DNA of 64,000 nt, taken from Lingula anatina. Its lineage: Eukaryota > Animalia > Brachiopoda. Under the pieces are notes generated by a model that was not told where the DNA came from, did not search any database, and worked only from the letters and a program-made list of their open reading frames with translations. Shown here one piece after another: positions 1 to 15,700 of the stretch (within the stretch, counting starts at the first letter, position 1; each line of letters begins with the position of its first letter). Location of the stretch: contig CM120645.1 in NCBI GenBank assembly GCA_051362555.1, positions 7,626,001-7,690,000 on the forward strand, read 5' to 3'. A program made the translations under genes and the position numbers.

Positions 1-412
1 ATGTCCTGGTTAAGTGAACGAGTAGCAAAGTGTCGTGGTTTTACATGTCTTTCCCATTAAATTATATGTGATGAATAATAGATGGGATGACAGGACCAAC
101 AAAGAGCAATACTGCAGTATATGGGGGTTATTGTTGATTGTTTTACACTGCAGGTGGGGAGGTTGTAAATGTTATGGAAGTTGTCATTGAAATTGTCAAT
201 GTTTGGCGTTATCTGTATTTAGTCTTCATACTCCAAGGAAGTTAGGTTCTGTTCTATCTAGTTTTGACATTAAAAGAAAAAAATCAGATCTAATTTCAGT
301 GAACATGTGGTTTGATTGTGCCTACTCTAACATAACCCCTACTACCCCTCTTCCCAAGCCACCTTTAATTATAAAATAATTTTCTGCCCATTTTATGTAG
401 CTTCCAATGAGA

Positions 413-700
413 CTGGGTGACTTACTACTGCCACAGAAAATGAATAATTATCGAACCGAGCAAAAATTGTTTTTTCTCATATTTTTAAGAGAGGCATAAA
501 TAATCATTTTGTAACCCGCAACTGAAGTTGTCAGTGCAATAAGTTGAGGTGCAATCAACCTGACTGAGATTGTCTGGGTGACTCACTATTGCCACAAAAA
601 TAAATTATTATCAAACAGAGCAAAAAAGTTTTTTTCTCATATTCATAAAGGGGCATAAAAATCATTTTGCAATCCACAACTGAAGCTGTCAGTGGAATAA
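413..700. repeat. Diverged tandem duplication, ~161-bp period
   Basis: CTGGGTGACT.ACTA.TGCCACA..GAGCAAAAA..CAACTGAAG.TGTCAGTG.AATAA occurs at 413 and 574. Confidence 0.85.
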
Positions 701-1266
701 TCAAAGGGCAATATTACTTTGGAGTATAGCAATCAAGTGTCCCTTTCTAAAAGTTGGAACCTAAAACCATTACCTGAAATGCGATGAGAATGCAACTCTT
801 GGCGGGCACTAGAAAAGTCAATTTCCCCACCATTAATTGATTACGCACACAGAAATTTCCCAACGTTACTTTGCCATGTACATATCAATGTACGACAGAG
901 GAGGAGGAGATGGCGGGACCAGGCAGCTTGAAGTGTATTGATGCACAAAGATATAGAATTTTATTGAGACATCTTATTGGTTCTTGGCTTATGTAAAGAG
1001 AGAATTATAGAAAAGTCAATTTTCTTCTCACAGCTGCAGTGGATGTGCATAGAGAAGCCCTTCAGACTTTTGGTGGAAGTTTCACATGTTACTGTTTGCT
1101 GTGCATTAATTGTATGATGTGATTCATGCAAGTTTCTGAGAAATGAAACTAAAATAGAGTGACATAAACTGCTTTATGTATCAGAGACAAGAATCTAATA
1201 AGTGTACGTCTTGTTTCTTTGTACATAAAAAAGTATTAACTTAATAGGTCAAATTAAGACTTATTG

Positions 1267-1270
<4 letters not shown>

Positions 1271-1317
<47 letters not shown>
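1271..1317. repeat. (GA)n microsatellite
   Basis: Perfect dinucleotide run. Confidence 0.97.
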
Positions 1318-1322
<5 letters not shown>

Positions 1323-2122
1323 TCCTGTTTCCATATAAGCATACATCGCTGTTATTCAGTTTCCACAAAACTGTCCTTCACCTACAAAAGCATACAGACC
1401 TACTTCGTTGTTAGTTTTGGGTCATTAAACTGTGTTCCAGGATATTCTCAGAAAACATTCTGTGCATCATTAGGTAGCAGGAAATAAAGCACGATATACA
1501 CCACATTTAATGAGCCTATGATCTGATACATCAATTCAAACAGGACATTCATAATTAATATGGTTACTCAATTAATCTAAATTTAAAACAAAAGAACGAT
1601 ATATTTCTGAGGTTTTCCTCATAAAACTTAAAAGGATAAACAATTTTTTTTGAGAAGGTTAATTGAGATCTTGTCATTTTTGTAAATAAGTAAAAATTAC
1701 AGACTTCAAACCATAAATGTATTAAATGTACCACATGTGAGTTATAACATAATTTTTGACTTTCCCACTGATAGAAAAAAGGGTTTGATGACTTGTTTAT
1801 GGGTCACTACCCAAGGTAAAATACTTTTCACGGTGTGTCATTTCCTTCACCTGATTCCAGTGCCACAACCAAAAATCCTTACACCTGTTATGTCTTCAAA
1901 TCTTGTGATCTTTGCACTGTGGATAAAATTGGTAAAAGCTGCACATGTGCCATGGAAGACACTAATAACTTTTGCTGGTAAAAACTGGTTTTCGGTGTTA
2001 TCCCCCAGTATTAAATCACTGATTCAAAATAAGGTACATATGATTAGCATTCAAAGTATATAGTGTACTAAAAGCATGCTTCTTGTTGCATACAGCATTC
2101 AAAGATGGGAAAGTCTATGTCG

Positions 2123-2325
2123 TAAGGAGCCATTCAGAATGAGGAAGGCCTCAATAGCTACTGAGCACTAAATCTGTGGGGACTCTTGCTGAATGCAATC
2201 AGATTAGCAGACTTACTTGCCTCCTGTTAGTGTTACTAGAATACAGAAAAGCTATTGCAACCTTCCTCATTCTGAATGTTGGAAACAAAAACCATTGTGC
2301 CTTAACTCATTCTAAATGGCCCCTT
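2123..2325. mobile_element. Palindromic MITE family 1 copy (diverged)
   Basis: TIR-like TAAGGAGCCATTCAGAATGAG / CTCATTCTAAATGGCCCCTT. Shares GGGGACTCT.GCTGAATGCAATCAGATTA and TTGGAAACAAAA with 5114-5377. Confidence 0.7.
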
Positions 2326-2371
2326 CTACCATCTTATTTAAGTTAATTTAACTATGTACTAGTGCACTTAC

Positions 2372-3610
2372 CCCTTTTAATTGAACTATTTCCTTATCAC
2401 GCTGCTCTAGTAAACCCTCCAACTGCTTCACCGTTCTCTCATCCTCCATCAACTTTGCACGAATCCTCTCCATTTCCAAGCGATCTTCCTCCAAGTGTTT
2501 CACCGCCAACCCTTTACTTTGTAACATTTCTAGGAGTTTTTTTATGCTCTCGTCACGAGCTCCCAGAGTGTGTTTCTGGGTATCGATGCGCAGTTCCATC
2601 TCCTGGACTGTTTTGCGTAAAATTTTGATTTCTTTGGCTTGGCGGTCGCGTTCTCTTTTCAGTGTGTTCATATCCGTTGGCTGGCCTCCTTGTAGAGAAT
2701 GGAGCTGCTCTTCCAAGTCTTTGACTAGTGTGGCTTGGTTCTGGAATTATCATAAAATCAAAAAATAATAATTATATAATCATATAAAATATATAAGTGT
2801 CAAACAGATATTTATAAAGAGAAAAAATTGTATGTCATTTTTAATTTTGTTTGTTTGTTTCTTTCATTCTTTCTTTTTTTTGTGGTAGGACTTGTAAATG
2901 AACAATATTACAGTATGTTCTGCTCATAAAATTAAATTGTACACCTTATGCCGTAATTGTGTTGGCAATAAAATTTGTTCTGAATAATGCCAGGTAAAAT
3001 GTTCAACCTCAAAGTTTACCTTGGAACTAAGCTGATTAAGTCATAAACACCTTTTAATGAAGCTTATTTGGGCAATTCATCATTAATAGAATGAAAGTCT
3101 GTTTGTTTAAGACGACTGAAATACACTGCCTTAACATAACATCCTTAGGCATGTTGGTCAAAAAAAGAAAAAAAAAACATTGCAGCAATGACAATGGCAC
3201 AAGAAGTACAGTGACAAATTCTGATATCAGCTTATATCTTGCTCAAGACAGTCTGAACATATTTATTTGGCAGACTAATTTTTTTGCCTCCAGCAACTTG
3301 GCCACATCCTTAATGACACTGTTTTCAAATACTCACTCTTTTTATTTTTTAAACATTGAGAAATAGTGAAGATGCTACAGAGAGGAAGAGTTTCAAACTA
3401 CACAAAAAGAGCAACAATTACTGGTAATTAAGATGTCAACTGTACTTGGGTGCCTCAGTTTTCTTTTCGTGGTCAATTCCATTTTAACCTCAAATTCATT
3501 GATCTGCTATTACCAGCCCTGTTCAAACATGACCCACTACATTAAAACAGTCAATGAAAATAACGTACAAATTAACTTCCAGTCTACCGAGATCTGAGGT
3601 GAATGACCTA

Positions 3611-3685
<75 letters not shown>

Positions 3686-6600
3686 TTGGGGGGGGGGGGG
3701 GGCAGGTTTTTTTCTCCCTTCCTGGAATCAGCTATTTGGTGACACCATTATCACTTTAGTCATGCCCAGTCACAATAGTTGCTTAGTACAAATTCTAGAC
3801 ATGCCATTCATTCATTCAAATATCATATTCACCCCTCCCCCCCCCTAAAAATTTAAAATATAAAGAATATGCATGTATATTCCTCTTTAGTATACATAAT
3901 TTCAGCAGAAAGTTTGTCCTATTCTCTCAGCTACCATACTGAAATTCTAAACTGAACTGTAACAGAAGGATAATTAAGTCAATTTCTCCGCTAACTACTG
4001 TACGTCACTGAAAGCCTACAGAAAAGTGATTTGCTGGGTTAAGTTACACATATTTTTGGATTACGTGCAAGTGTAATTTCACTCAGGGGAACAGAAATAA
4101 GCCTTATCTTGCCTACACAAAGATGGTGTTTTGCACTGTTTTCACAGAAAAATACATATACTGGTTCTTAAAGACCACAGAACATTGGAGAACATTGACT
4201 CCTTAAATGATATAATATAAGAAGCTAAACTTAACATTGGAGAACATTGACTCCTTAAATGACATAATATAAGAAGCTAAACTTAAAGTTATACAAATAT
4301 ACAAGACCTCTAACCAACCTAATATTTTTGGAAAACATTACATTTCTGAAAATGTTTGGTTGTCTGGGATCCATTTTGTTTATAGTTTTTCTTCTTTTTA
4401 TTTCAAAGCAGAACTGAAAACCTGGAACCAGTTACTACTTTGTAAATGGGAACTTGAAAAGTTTAACTGAAGAACCTAAACCCAACCCACGCTTTACATT
4501 CACAATAACTCATTTAAATTACATCAACACAGTTACAAGAATTGCAGGAATATTTACACCAGCTGTGCAGCAGAAATTTAGCTGTTTTCTTTTTTTTTTT
4601 TTTCAGTTACCTCTGCTGCCAAAAGCATAGGTTAGTGAAGGCCAAAGGAGTACAAAACCGTTGCAAGAATGTCTGGACTGTGTTATTTGTGTCATAGGGT
4701 GCAGTAGATACTATTTAGCGCATTCTCATATTGGGGTCCACCTATTAGCTTGAAGTTTGGAATCTAAAATGAAAACTCTTAAATTCTAATTTTTCAAGAA
4801 AGAAGCACTTGAAAAAATCTGTAATTGCATTTGACTCGTATATGACTATGCCACATAAAAAAATTCAAAATCTGTTTAAATTTAGTCGAGCAATTCCTGC
4901 AGTACTAAATTACATTGGAATAGAAGAGATCCAAGAAACCAGTCCATGTGAGAAAATGTGATCATTACAGAGGCCTTATTATTGCTACATGATAATGCTT
5001 AATAGTGCCTTGTACACTGAAACCTAACAAGCATCACAAGGAATGCACCAGGAAATTGAAATTAAGTTAATTACGTTGCACATTGCATGAAGACCCTCAC
5101 TGAGAGTCATAGGTAAGGGCTCATTTCCAATGAATCTAGTGTTCTATGAAGATCGATCCAACTCTGCGGGGACTCTAGCTGAATGCAATCAGATTAACAT
5201 GTCTTCTCTTGGTGTTGAGTAAAACACAGAAAAGCAGGTGATTATATGAGTACATTGGAAACAAAAGCCCTGTTAATCTGGTTGCAGCAAGAACCTGTGG
5301 AGTTAGAACAATCTAGTATGTAGAACATTGGTTTTATTGGGTATATACAATTTTCCCCATTTGGAAATGCGCCCTTAAATAACAGTACGGTAATGTTAGT
5401 CACTAAATAAGTCATGCCTTAAGTAAATCTAATTGCAGATCATGTAGTGGCCACCTAATATTTTCTACTGTGTGACATTTTTCTAATGGACAAGTGTACT
5501 GTTCTGCTATGTACCTGAACTATTTTTGAGCTGCCTAGAAACACGAATAGCTCTTGAAATGAAAAAAAGCAGGAAACAAGATATGGGCGTGGGTAGTAAA
5601 GCATGCGCAGCACCTTCCTGCATTGCCACTGGGAATTGCTAAAAAAAGAAAGATTGAGAGGACACTGGGAGGTAGACACTAGAAATCAAATTTAGAAAAC
5701 TGGGCAGAAGACAAGATGCTGGGAGAGGCTTAATGGTTTTCCAATATGTTTAACTTGTATGTTTTGATGTATGTTACAAAATGGATAATGAAGTACAGTG
5801 AGACTTTTTGACAAGAGCAACGAGAAAACAAGAGAACACATTGAGAAAACAAGTCGAAAATGATCATCTCAATCTTTTTTTTTTTTTTTCGAAATTAAAA
5901 CTTCCTCTGCCAAAAAGTATAGCACAGAAAGGATCTGGTGAAATATGTATAACAGCCAGATAAATCACGCAGGGGTATATCATAAATAAATAAATTCATA
6001 AAAAATAAAAATAATAATACTGGTGTAGCATAATTTTGTCATGAATATACCAGCATAAACATTTTGTAGACAAATACTTGAAAAATCTTTTTTAAAATAT
6101 TTGGTACAACTGACAAATTTTCCCAATTTCACTTTTATATTATATATATAAAAAAAAAAAAAAGATTTTGGCTGAAATTATCTTGAAATTTACCAATGAG
6201 TAGTAGATCAAATGGTTCAAGAATTGACCTGAGATAACTGACCAAAATAGTCCTAATCTCCAGAAATTCTGGACGGCAAGTAAACTGCAGGATTATCAGA
6301 TTTGTCTCCTACCGCCATATTGATTTTTATGCAGGCTAAGATGTTTAGACAGTTTCTAAAGTCAATATGGCATTTATGGACACTGGGGAGAGCCTCAAAT
6401 AAAATTCATCATGGAAACAGTCAATAAATCATATCTAAGATATAAAAATCTTCACAAATAGCTGAGTAATCAGAGATCCAGCGCACTGATTTCCGTTTTT
6501 ATTCCTTGTGCAGAAAATTGGAATTCTGCGATAAAATTGCGATGGTAGCTAGCTAGAGAATGCAAACAGGCCTGTATCTACACATGGATGATGCTGCAAT

Positions 6601-7168
6601 GGACAGGTTATGAAAACAGCAAATCGTCCAGAAATTAATACTCAGAACCAGAAATTAATCAAAATATTGAAATGGCGGTCTATTTCCACCTGCACTCATC
6701 TGCCCTGAGTCCAACAGTACCAGATGTAAAGTCACCCACAATTCCAGGAAACCCCCAGAGGCAGAGCAAAAATTACAGCACATATTGCCAGCTTATACAA
6801 CTTCCTAGATAACACAAGCAATGCTTTTCACAGAATTGGAATACCATTTCAAAACCAGCAGTTATCCCATTACAGTAATAATATGTTTTTACAGGGGAGT
6901 TTCCGCACATGGTTCTCAGCAAAAGGATGTGTTTGAATAGGACGAGTATTTTCAAAGCTATTCCCAACGCGTGGGTTTATCTGATCCCAGTGCAGTTGTA
7001 TGGATTCCCAATAGCAGCAAGATTGGGAAGCAATGGACATCATTTTCAGTCAAAAGCCTCATTCAGACCAAGACTCTTTTAGAGCAGAAATAGCTTTAAC
7101 CTGTGGCATCAGGCTACTAGGTTATGTGTTGAGTGAACCTCTTTCCTCCTGTTTAATCCAAATTCTGT

Positions 7169-7246
<78 letters not shown>

Positions 7247-9739
7247 GGTTAAAAATGTTATAACAGAAAATCCAGAAAACCTAGCTTGCAATGTAAAAAT
7301 GATCAAAATGAAGACTCAAAAATCCTGAAATCGGGCATAAAAGGAGAGAAGAGAGAGAAAAGGAGGGGGGCTGTACACATGAGAACACCTTGCAACAACT
7401 ACACTTTCCAATTTCTAAATTTTATTGCGATGAGAGCAACAATTCAACATCAACATGATTATCAGCTCCACTGGTAATCAAAGCCCGTGAACACCAATGA
7501 TGTGAAAAATATTACAACAGCGCACTTGATCCAGGTACTGTTACAATCACCAATAAATCACTGTGCACATTCTTGCCAGGGATTTTCATAAAAACGGAGT
7601 ATCAAGGCATCAAATTATGATTTATCCCATTAAAAAGAGAGATCAATTTGCCTTGAAAACATGCTAGAATCACTGAAGGAAGATGAGCCTTATGGCAATC
7701 TGGCTTTAGATATTGAAAAAATGTGGCGAGGGTGCATTCGACACTTTAAGTATATATTGCAGACAAAAATGGTGATAGGTAAATATTGCGATCAACATTA
7801 TTGTAGATATGAATAAAAAGAAAAAAATCGTCTTGCATGTTCCATTAAACTACAGTGATTTTCTAAAAAATGAGCACAAGATGATCCATTCAGGTTTTCT
7901 CAATGCATGGTTCAAACAATGATTTAGTTTCATTAAATCTGTTTTCTAAATTGTAATAAAAGGTTGATTATTGTTCACATATATGCAAACCACTATGTTA
8001 TTGATTAAAACATAATAATATTCAATTTGATCTCAATTCAATGTAAAAATATTGGCATTTGTAGTGATGAATGTCTGGTCCCCCCCCCCCCCCTCACTCG
8101 CCTTAAATTAAAATCAAAGTATTCCATGCACCCTGTCTAAGGATTCAATCTCTTCCTAACAAAGTCATCAAGAACATCAGCAGTCAGTTGTTACTAGACA
8201 GACTTAATGACTGAGCTTAACTCCAGACAAACCTATTAACACCACCAAGACAAACTGCCTCTTAACATGCAACCAAACTGGTGATGGATCTTCCTAGCTT
8301 GTAGCTACCTGTGGCCAGTGTCTTGACAGAATATAACCAATTATTAGTTCTCTCAGGCTGTGATGTTTGTCTCTGTCTTTCTTAATTTCTCTTTTGTGGT
8401 TCTCTCCGCCCTTCAGTTCTATCTAATAACTCAAGCTTGGTGAACTAAAGGGGTTAAGAGAAAATACCCCCAGGCCCTCCCTCCCCTTGAAATATGACAG
8501 CATCAAAATTGTAACTGTGGCCTTACTGAAAAGGCACCCCCCAGTCAAGTTAGGTTTACCTTATACAGTACTTGTTAACTTCAGCAAGCATTCTGATAAA
8601 TTATAAATATAAGCTCATAATGATTGGCTCAAAGTGGGGAGTTCTTCTATCAGCAAGCAAATTACTTCAATAGCAGTGGCACTGGGCAGGACAACAGTCA
8701 GATTAGATTTCATGTCCGTGGAGAACTAATCGTAGCCCAATGTTTTGCAATTGCAAGTCACACAGAGATAGGTGGGGCAAAGTTGGATGGTAACACGACT
8801 TTCTCTAATTTATTAACAGGGCCTTAATATGTCACCAAGTCTGCTGTTTTCACTGCAAGGCAGGTGCCTCAGTGCAGGACAGGTAAACAGTAGCAAACTA
8901 ATGCAATACTTGTACAATACCTGTCTGCATTATAAGGAACAGATAGAAGGAGGTACTAGTACTAGTACATATATCAGTTTTGGTATGTTTTAATGTGCCA
9001 TTTTATTGGTGCCTGTCCTACGAACTTCTTAAGAGACCATTACAAACTCAGCACAGAAAGATTTGATGCAGAAACTTCTTTTCTCTTTGAATTAAAAATT
9101 AACTAAAAACTAAGGTGCTGGTTATCACCCATCTTCAGTTTTTTTTCTTATAGTTAAGGCAGAAATTTTAAAAGCAAATGATCAAACTTTTTGGGCCATT
9201 CTTATCATTATATTCTTAAAGGAGGACAGAATATGAGATACCTCAAACGGTCACATAAATACTTCCAAATATTTGTGCCATAATCATCAAAAAGAAGAAA
9301 AAAAAATGTCCAGACAAATTTACTAAACATCCTGTACAACAATTTAGTAACCAAGCCCACCATGAAGAATATCTCATAAAAGTCCTCTGGCATGTTTTCC
9401 AGACAACTAAAGTGCAGCAAGCACCTGCTTCTCATCTTAGTATCAAATAAGTCAAGGTAATAGGGAATGTCATGCAATTCAACAATCTTAGTACTTTAAC
9501 TGATCAATAATGTATTTTCTTTTAGGACTCGAAAGCGGGAAGGTGAAACGGAGAAATCTGGTGCAATTTGTGTTAAAATCCTGGTACAGAGCAAGACGGG
9601 TTGTGTTCAGGTGGCACATGAATGAGCTGTCTCATTATCTCTCATGTTCTGGAACATAATTTGTGTTCTGTATCAATTCAATATAAAACGATACCATCAA
9701 GTGTTCAACAAACTTTTTTTTGTCTCAGATCCACAGGGA

Positions 9740-9785
<46 letters not shown>

Positions 9786-12700
9786 TGTGTACACCCAAGT
9801 GGGTATGGTGCAAGTTTACAACAAAATGTTTGACATAATTTTCTTGGCTTAAGAAAAGATATTAAGTAATGACTGATTTGGTGTGAAAAGTACAAAGCAC
9901 AAGCCAGATGTGTGTGCATGTGTCTGTGTACGCACGCATGCACATGTGCCCTGGTGTATTCACGCATGTGTGACAAAGTATTACTCAATACTCATTAAGC
10001 AATCTACAGGTAGGTTCTAGTTCAGAGTAAATCTGCTCACCCACGAAGTCTCATTACTTATCACTAATAAGCAGCCAGGGGATGATTGAGCGACATGCTG
10101 TTCTTGGAGATTATCTATAATTACAGCTATCTTGCTGACTGATGTAGCTGATAACCTAAAGTTTATCATGCCTAGCTAGAGACTTTCTAGGTAGATCATA
10201 TTTTCAAATATCGAGTCAATTCTTCATTAGTTGCTCCAGGAAATGACCAGCAACTCTTTGATCTCTACTTTCCTTTTCATCTTTTTTTTTTTTTCTTTTT
10301 TCTTCAGTATTCCACAACTTACTGAAAGGGTTGGGCTAGGTTAAAGGAGGGAAGGGGGGCAACTTCATTGTAAAGTCTGGAATAAAAGCATGTTCACATC
10401 AGACCTAACTTAGACTTTTAAATATAGGTTCTCAACAGGTGACCAGATCAGATCAAGTTTGCCCAGCACAGAAAATCCCATAGTACACAATCAAGAATTC
10501 CACAATCTAGATCATTAGTGTACTAGTACTGAACCTGGTAATTTTTGAAACCAGTTGCTTTGCTCAGCCTAATGAATTAGGATCATAATATTAATTATCA
10601 AACCAAGCAGACTTCCAAAAGTTCAAACCTCATAGTTTATGAAAAAAGTAATTAGAACCCCTACATCCTACTTCTGAAACAGCCTTCCCTGTACACAGAA
10701 AATAAAGAGGTAAATATATATCTAAATCAAGCTGCTGCCAGAATGCCAGCTATGTTGAAGTTGGGTATAGACGCCAAGGTCAAAACTCAATGTACAGAGA
10801 AGCATTTGAAGCCAGACAAGTAGAACAAGATGTGGGCTATACACTTCTTACTTCCTGACAGCAGACTTCAGGTGGAGAAAGTTCAACTTCACAAGAAGCC
10901 ATACGGCCTGAACTAGTGTTAAAATCTCATGGTTATAAATTATACACCCCCCTTCCCCCAAAAATATTAAGAGAGCTGGGTCAAAAAGTACTGTAAGGAG
11001 TTTGCTCACTGTTCTGAGGCCTCCTGCATCAAAATTTTTGACAATATATTGGGAGCAGGCAGACAGAGTTCAGACAAAAATCAGTTCATGTGCATACTAG
11101 TAAATGCAACTGGCACAAAAATTACACTGACAAAAAATGTGGAGAAATGCAATTTATACACAAACTTTGTAGTGAAGATCAAAAAAATGATAAAAATAAG
11201 TAATGTGGAGCCTTTCACTTACCAAGGCTTAAGTGACAGATCACCTTAAAAATACCCTACAGTTTACTGACATAATGAAAAAACTAACTCGACTCTCCAG
11301 GAAAAAAACCTGGTACCTTGTAGGAAAAACTGGTTTTGCACAATTCTGGCCTTAATAGGAGATCTATTTAAAGAGATTGAGCTCATCCAACCAAGGAACA
11401 AAATCCCTTTCTGAGAATCAAGCTTGATGAGATTTTACAAGAAACCTTGACAAGCCCTAGAGAGCAAGTTTTTTCTTAATATTCCTGATATCAGTCATGG
11501 CACACAGGTGTGCTGTTCATTCAGGCAGAATAGTGTTACTGAGATGATACTCCTCACCACACTTAATGAATAACATATTGCATGTCATCATCTTTGAAAC
11601 AGTTTCAATGGGATTTGTTGCTAAGATCCTAATATCACAGAGAAAGGTCTTGCAAAGAGGTGTGAAGAACAGAGTAAAGGAATAGTCACAATGTTGCTTC
11701 TTGATGCGATTTGTGACGCAAATCACTTACTAGTACGGGGTAGCACAGTAACAGACTTTGATCATCTGAATTGATATCGAAGCTTCCAGAAATACTAAAT
11801 TGATCTTCACACTTCATGCCTGAAAGGGGTAGGGAAGCTCATATGTGGATGCCTTGCAACTAAATCTTAAGTGAGTGCAATGAATAAATAATAAAAACTA
11901 CATCGAAATGGTAAATACGTCTGAAATGAATGTATCTTAATTAATCTAGGGTTAGATACCAGTAAAAACACCACAAGGCAAGAAAGGATCACTGCATCAG
12001 TTTAAGGGCATTTGCATCACAAAATTATGTTCCATGATATTGAAACCACAGTGTCAGCTCAACGACAGTGGTACCAGTGTCAGTTCAATTTGTGGTACCA
12101 CAGTAACAGACTGTCCAAGGACAGTGACCAGTACAAATGTCAGCTCAAGGGGCTCCTCAAGGGCAGTGGTGCCACAATGTTAGCTCAAGGGCAGTGGTGC
12201 CACAGTGTTAGCTCAAGGGCAGTGGTGCCACAGTGTTAGCTCAAGGGCAGTGGTGCCACAGTGTTAGCTCAAGGGCAGTGGTGCCACAATGTTAGCTCAA
12301 GGGCAGTGGTGCCACAATGTTAGCTCAAGGGCAGTGGTGCCACAATGTTAGCTCAAGGGCAGTGGTGCCACAATGTTAGCTCAAGGGCAGTGGTGCCACA
12401 GTGTTAGCTCAAGGGCAGTGGTGCCACAATGTTAGCTCAAGGGCAGTGGTGCCACAGTGTTAGCTCAAGGGCAGTGGTGCCACAGTGTTAGCTCAAGGGC
12501 AGTGGTGCCACAGTGTTAGCTCAAGGGCAGTGGTGCCACAGTGTTAGCTCAAGGGCAGTGGTACCACAATGTTAGCTCAAGGGCAGTGGTGCCACAAAAT
12601 GTCAGCTCAAGGGCAGTAGTACCACAATGGCAGCTTAAGGGCAATGAGGTCACAATGTTATCTCAAGGGCAGTGGTACCAATATCAGTCCAAGAGTTGTG

Positions 12701-15700
12701 GTACCACAGTCGGTTCAAATGTTGTGGTACCACAGGGTCAGATCAACAGCACAGTGTCACAGTGTCAGTTTAAGGGCAAGGGCATTACAGACAATTACAA
12801 GATCATCTGATTTCAATCCCAAGGGACAGCTGCCTGCCAGTGAAGTCTAAATAACTTCACTAAAGATAAAATTCCTCAGGGCAAATCCCTAATTGATCTA
12901 TTCAGGTTTTTGTCCTCTCACCACTTCGGTTCAATCAATTCTAAATATTCAGGTAAACCCAGTATATTACCAGGCGAGTTAATTTTTTGCAACCCAATAT
13001 GTAACCACATCAAGCCAGGATCGTTGGTGTAAACGGGACAATATTGAAGGAGGCATGTGTCAGATATTAACTTAAGTTGCTGTTCTTGAAAATAAATAAA
13101 TGTGTGTTGGCCTATCCACAGGGGCTTCCAGTTTTCTGCATGCTTGGCTGTGTTGTAAACTGCAGGATAGGAGGACACCATTTTCCATATGTATTGTTCT
13201 ATAACTAAGGCCAATGACAGCATATCTTATGTTATAATTAATCAATCATCAAAAACAAAGATAATATAAACAAAACTGATCATATATTTCACATTTTCTT
13301 GAGCCAAACTATACATTCAAAAGGTTTCAAAAATATCCTAGTATACTGTTTGGTACATACAGTAAAGCCAAGAGACATACTGACATATATACATAAACAT
13401 GCCCATTTCTTCTAAATAAATTGGTCAAACAATAGCAATAGTTTAAACATCTAAAAAAGCAATAGAATATGTAGATTTTTTCTACACATGTTTTCCACAG
13501 GTAAGTCAAAGTAATGAATGTGGGGCAGGCAGAAAACATAACAGGTACAGTAAGGGGGTGAGGGTGGTAGCTACATGTAAGTGCCCAATACCATTCAAAT
13601 TCAGTTACAGTAGTACATTTGTCTCTCATAGTAACCAATTGGTACAAGATATCCCAAAATACAACAGACACTAGGATATATTATCCTAGAAATATATTAT
13701 CCTGGTGATAGACCTATTACTCATCATTTTTTCCTCCCTAGCCTTGTCTACTGATATTCAATTAAGATAATACAATATGGATTGACTGCTCGGCAGTGGC
13801 AGGCAGTATAGGGGCAATTACTGCATATCTATGAAAATTAAAACAATGTTGTGGTACCGTACTTATGAACATTGCAATTAACACACCATATCAGTTAATT
13901 CCTATTTTTTTCTTATGTGCCCAGCAGTTAGTAAAACTTAAAAGCCAGAGTCTGGATAGCAAGCTTTGGATTGTAAGGGTTTATTGCAATCATCATTTTT
14001 AAAGACACCTTCCTATTTCACAATAAATAAAATTTGACAGCAATCAGTGACATTTTGTTCATGGTAATTTCATGGCTCTAATAGGCCAAGGGAAACACAT
14101 GGGGTTGATTTCAAGTAGATCCACAGTATAATTTCAGCCTACTAGTACACTACAGCCTGTGCTTAACTTGGTTTATGAATAAGATATATATACAGCATGT
14201 AATATATAGCAAGTATCAACATAATGTAAATTGTTACAAGTACAAAGTTTACAGAGGCCATGACCTAACTTAATATATATCGTGTTCTCAGGTACTGATA
14301 AAATTTCAAGAGCAAATTTAATTCTAACCAGGTTCTAACCCAGATGAGACAAAGTCCAGGTTAATACAGCCATGTGGAATAGCCCTTGCTGACCTCCCGT
14401 GATGGATAAATGTGCACAGCTAATCTTAATCAATCTCTTTTCATGTGGTCGTGGTTTATGTACCTTGCTGATTTCCCTCTAATTAAGACTCCCACTGGTT
14501 TATCTGCTAGGTATTTGGTGCCTGCTGCAAAGTCTGATCATTTTGCAGAGTTAATATGTGCACAGGCAATGCTATTAGTGTATACAAGAGGCATAGCACC
14601 AAGCATTGGAGGATGAGTACTCAGAGATGCATTAGCTTTTATTCCATATTATGAAAATTGATAAAAAGCTCTAGAGACAAAACACATGGGCGTTATACTT
14701 CAGGCAGACAAGAAGGTACTCAATTTTAAAACAAGCCACCTTTGCTATTTATTATTATAGATAAAACCTATGTTTAAAAAAGCCAGTCATCGATATCTCG
14801 CAATTAAGCAGCTTAAGTACAAAAAATCTGAGCGTGATATGCATGCGCTATATATATGTACAGGATCATTAGCTTTTCTGCACTATGTCAACTTTGGAAG
14901 AAGCTTACACAAACTTTATTGATTAAGATTTCCATTTATACATGAGTCATAACAAGGCAACAAAAGCGGTGGCAGAAGTCTGTTGTTAAGAAACCTATAA
15001 AATAAATCCACCTGATGGTGGAAGCAGTGTTATTTATCTACAAAGGTGTAACCGTTCATCTTTAATGTAATGGCTATGAAATTACAACCAGTCCACAGAA
15101 TACAGGATTTTACTCAGGCTTTTATATTTTCTGAGCTATTATAGTAGTTCACTAGTATGTGAACTTGAATCTAAATTAAATGAATAAAATGACAAAAAAT
15201 ATCCTTTTTTTTAAAGATTACCCTATATATGGATATCTACTCAATGAGTGCTACTCATTCTTTTTCTGTCTGCTTTTTATGTGATTGAGAAATAGCATGA
15301 TGTGTGACATTCCATTATCAATTTATCAGACTCAGTTCTTGTGTGTTTAAACTTAGCAAAATGTATTCAGCACATGAATTACATGAGTAAGTTAACAGCC
15401 ACGCCAGAAATAACAGAAATTGCGCCTAGCCCCCCCTTACCACTGTCATTGAAGCAGGACCAGAGTGTAGAACTAGTGTTTGCTTGTAGTTTGTCAGTAT
15501 CTGGTGATTGTTATAAATAAGGTAATGTCATTGCCCTGGTGTTGTATTTCTCCTACTGCAGTAGGCAGCTGTCTTTGTATTTCTTTTACTGCAGCACAAA
15601 TGCTTCCTGCTGATCAAAAGATTTATTCAGTTAAATCAAATAGAATTAATGAAGTTGTTCACCATTCCCAGCAATGGCAGAGGCAGAATGATGAAAGGAC

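Noticed and set aside
12156-12596. CRISPR-like array of 28-bp repeats
   Set aside because: Units are contiguous with no unique spacers, there are no cas genes, and the context is a eukaryotic intron. It is a minisatellite.
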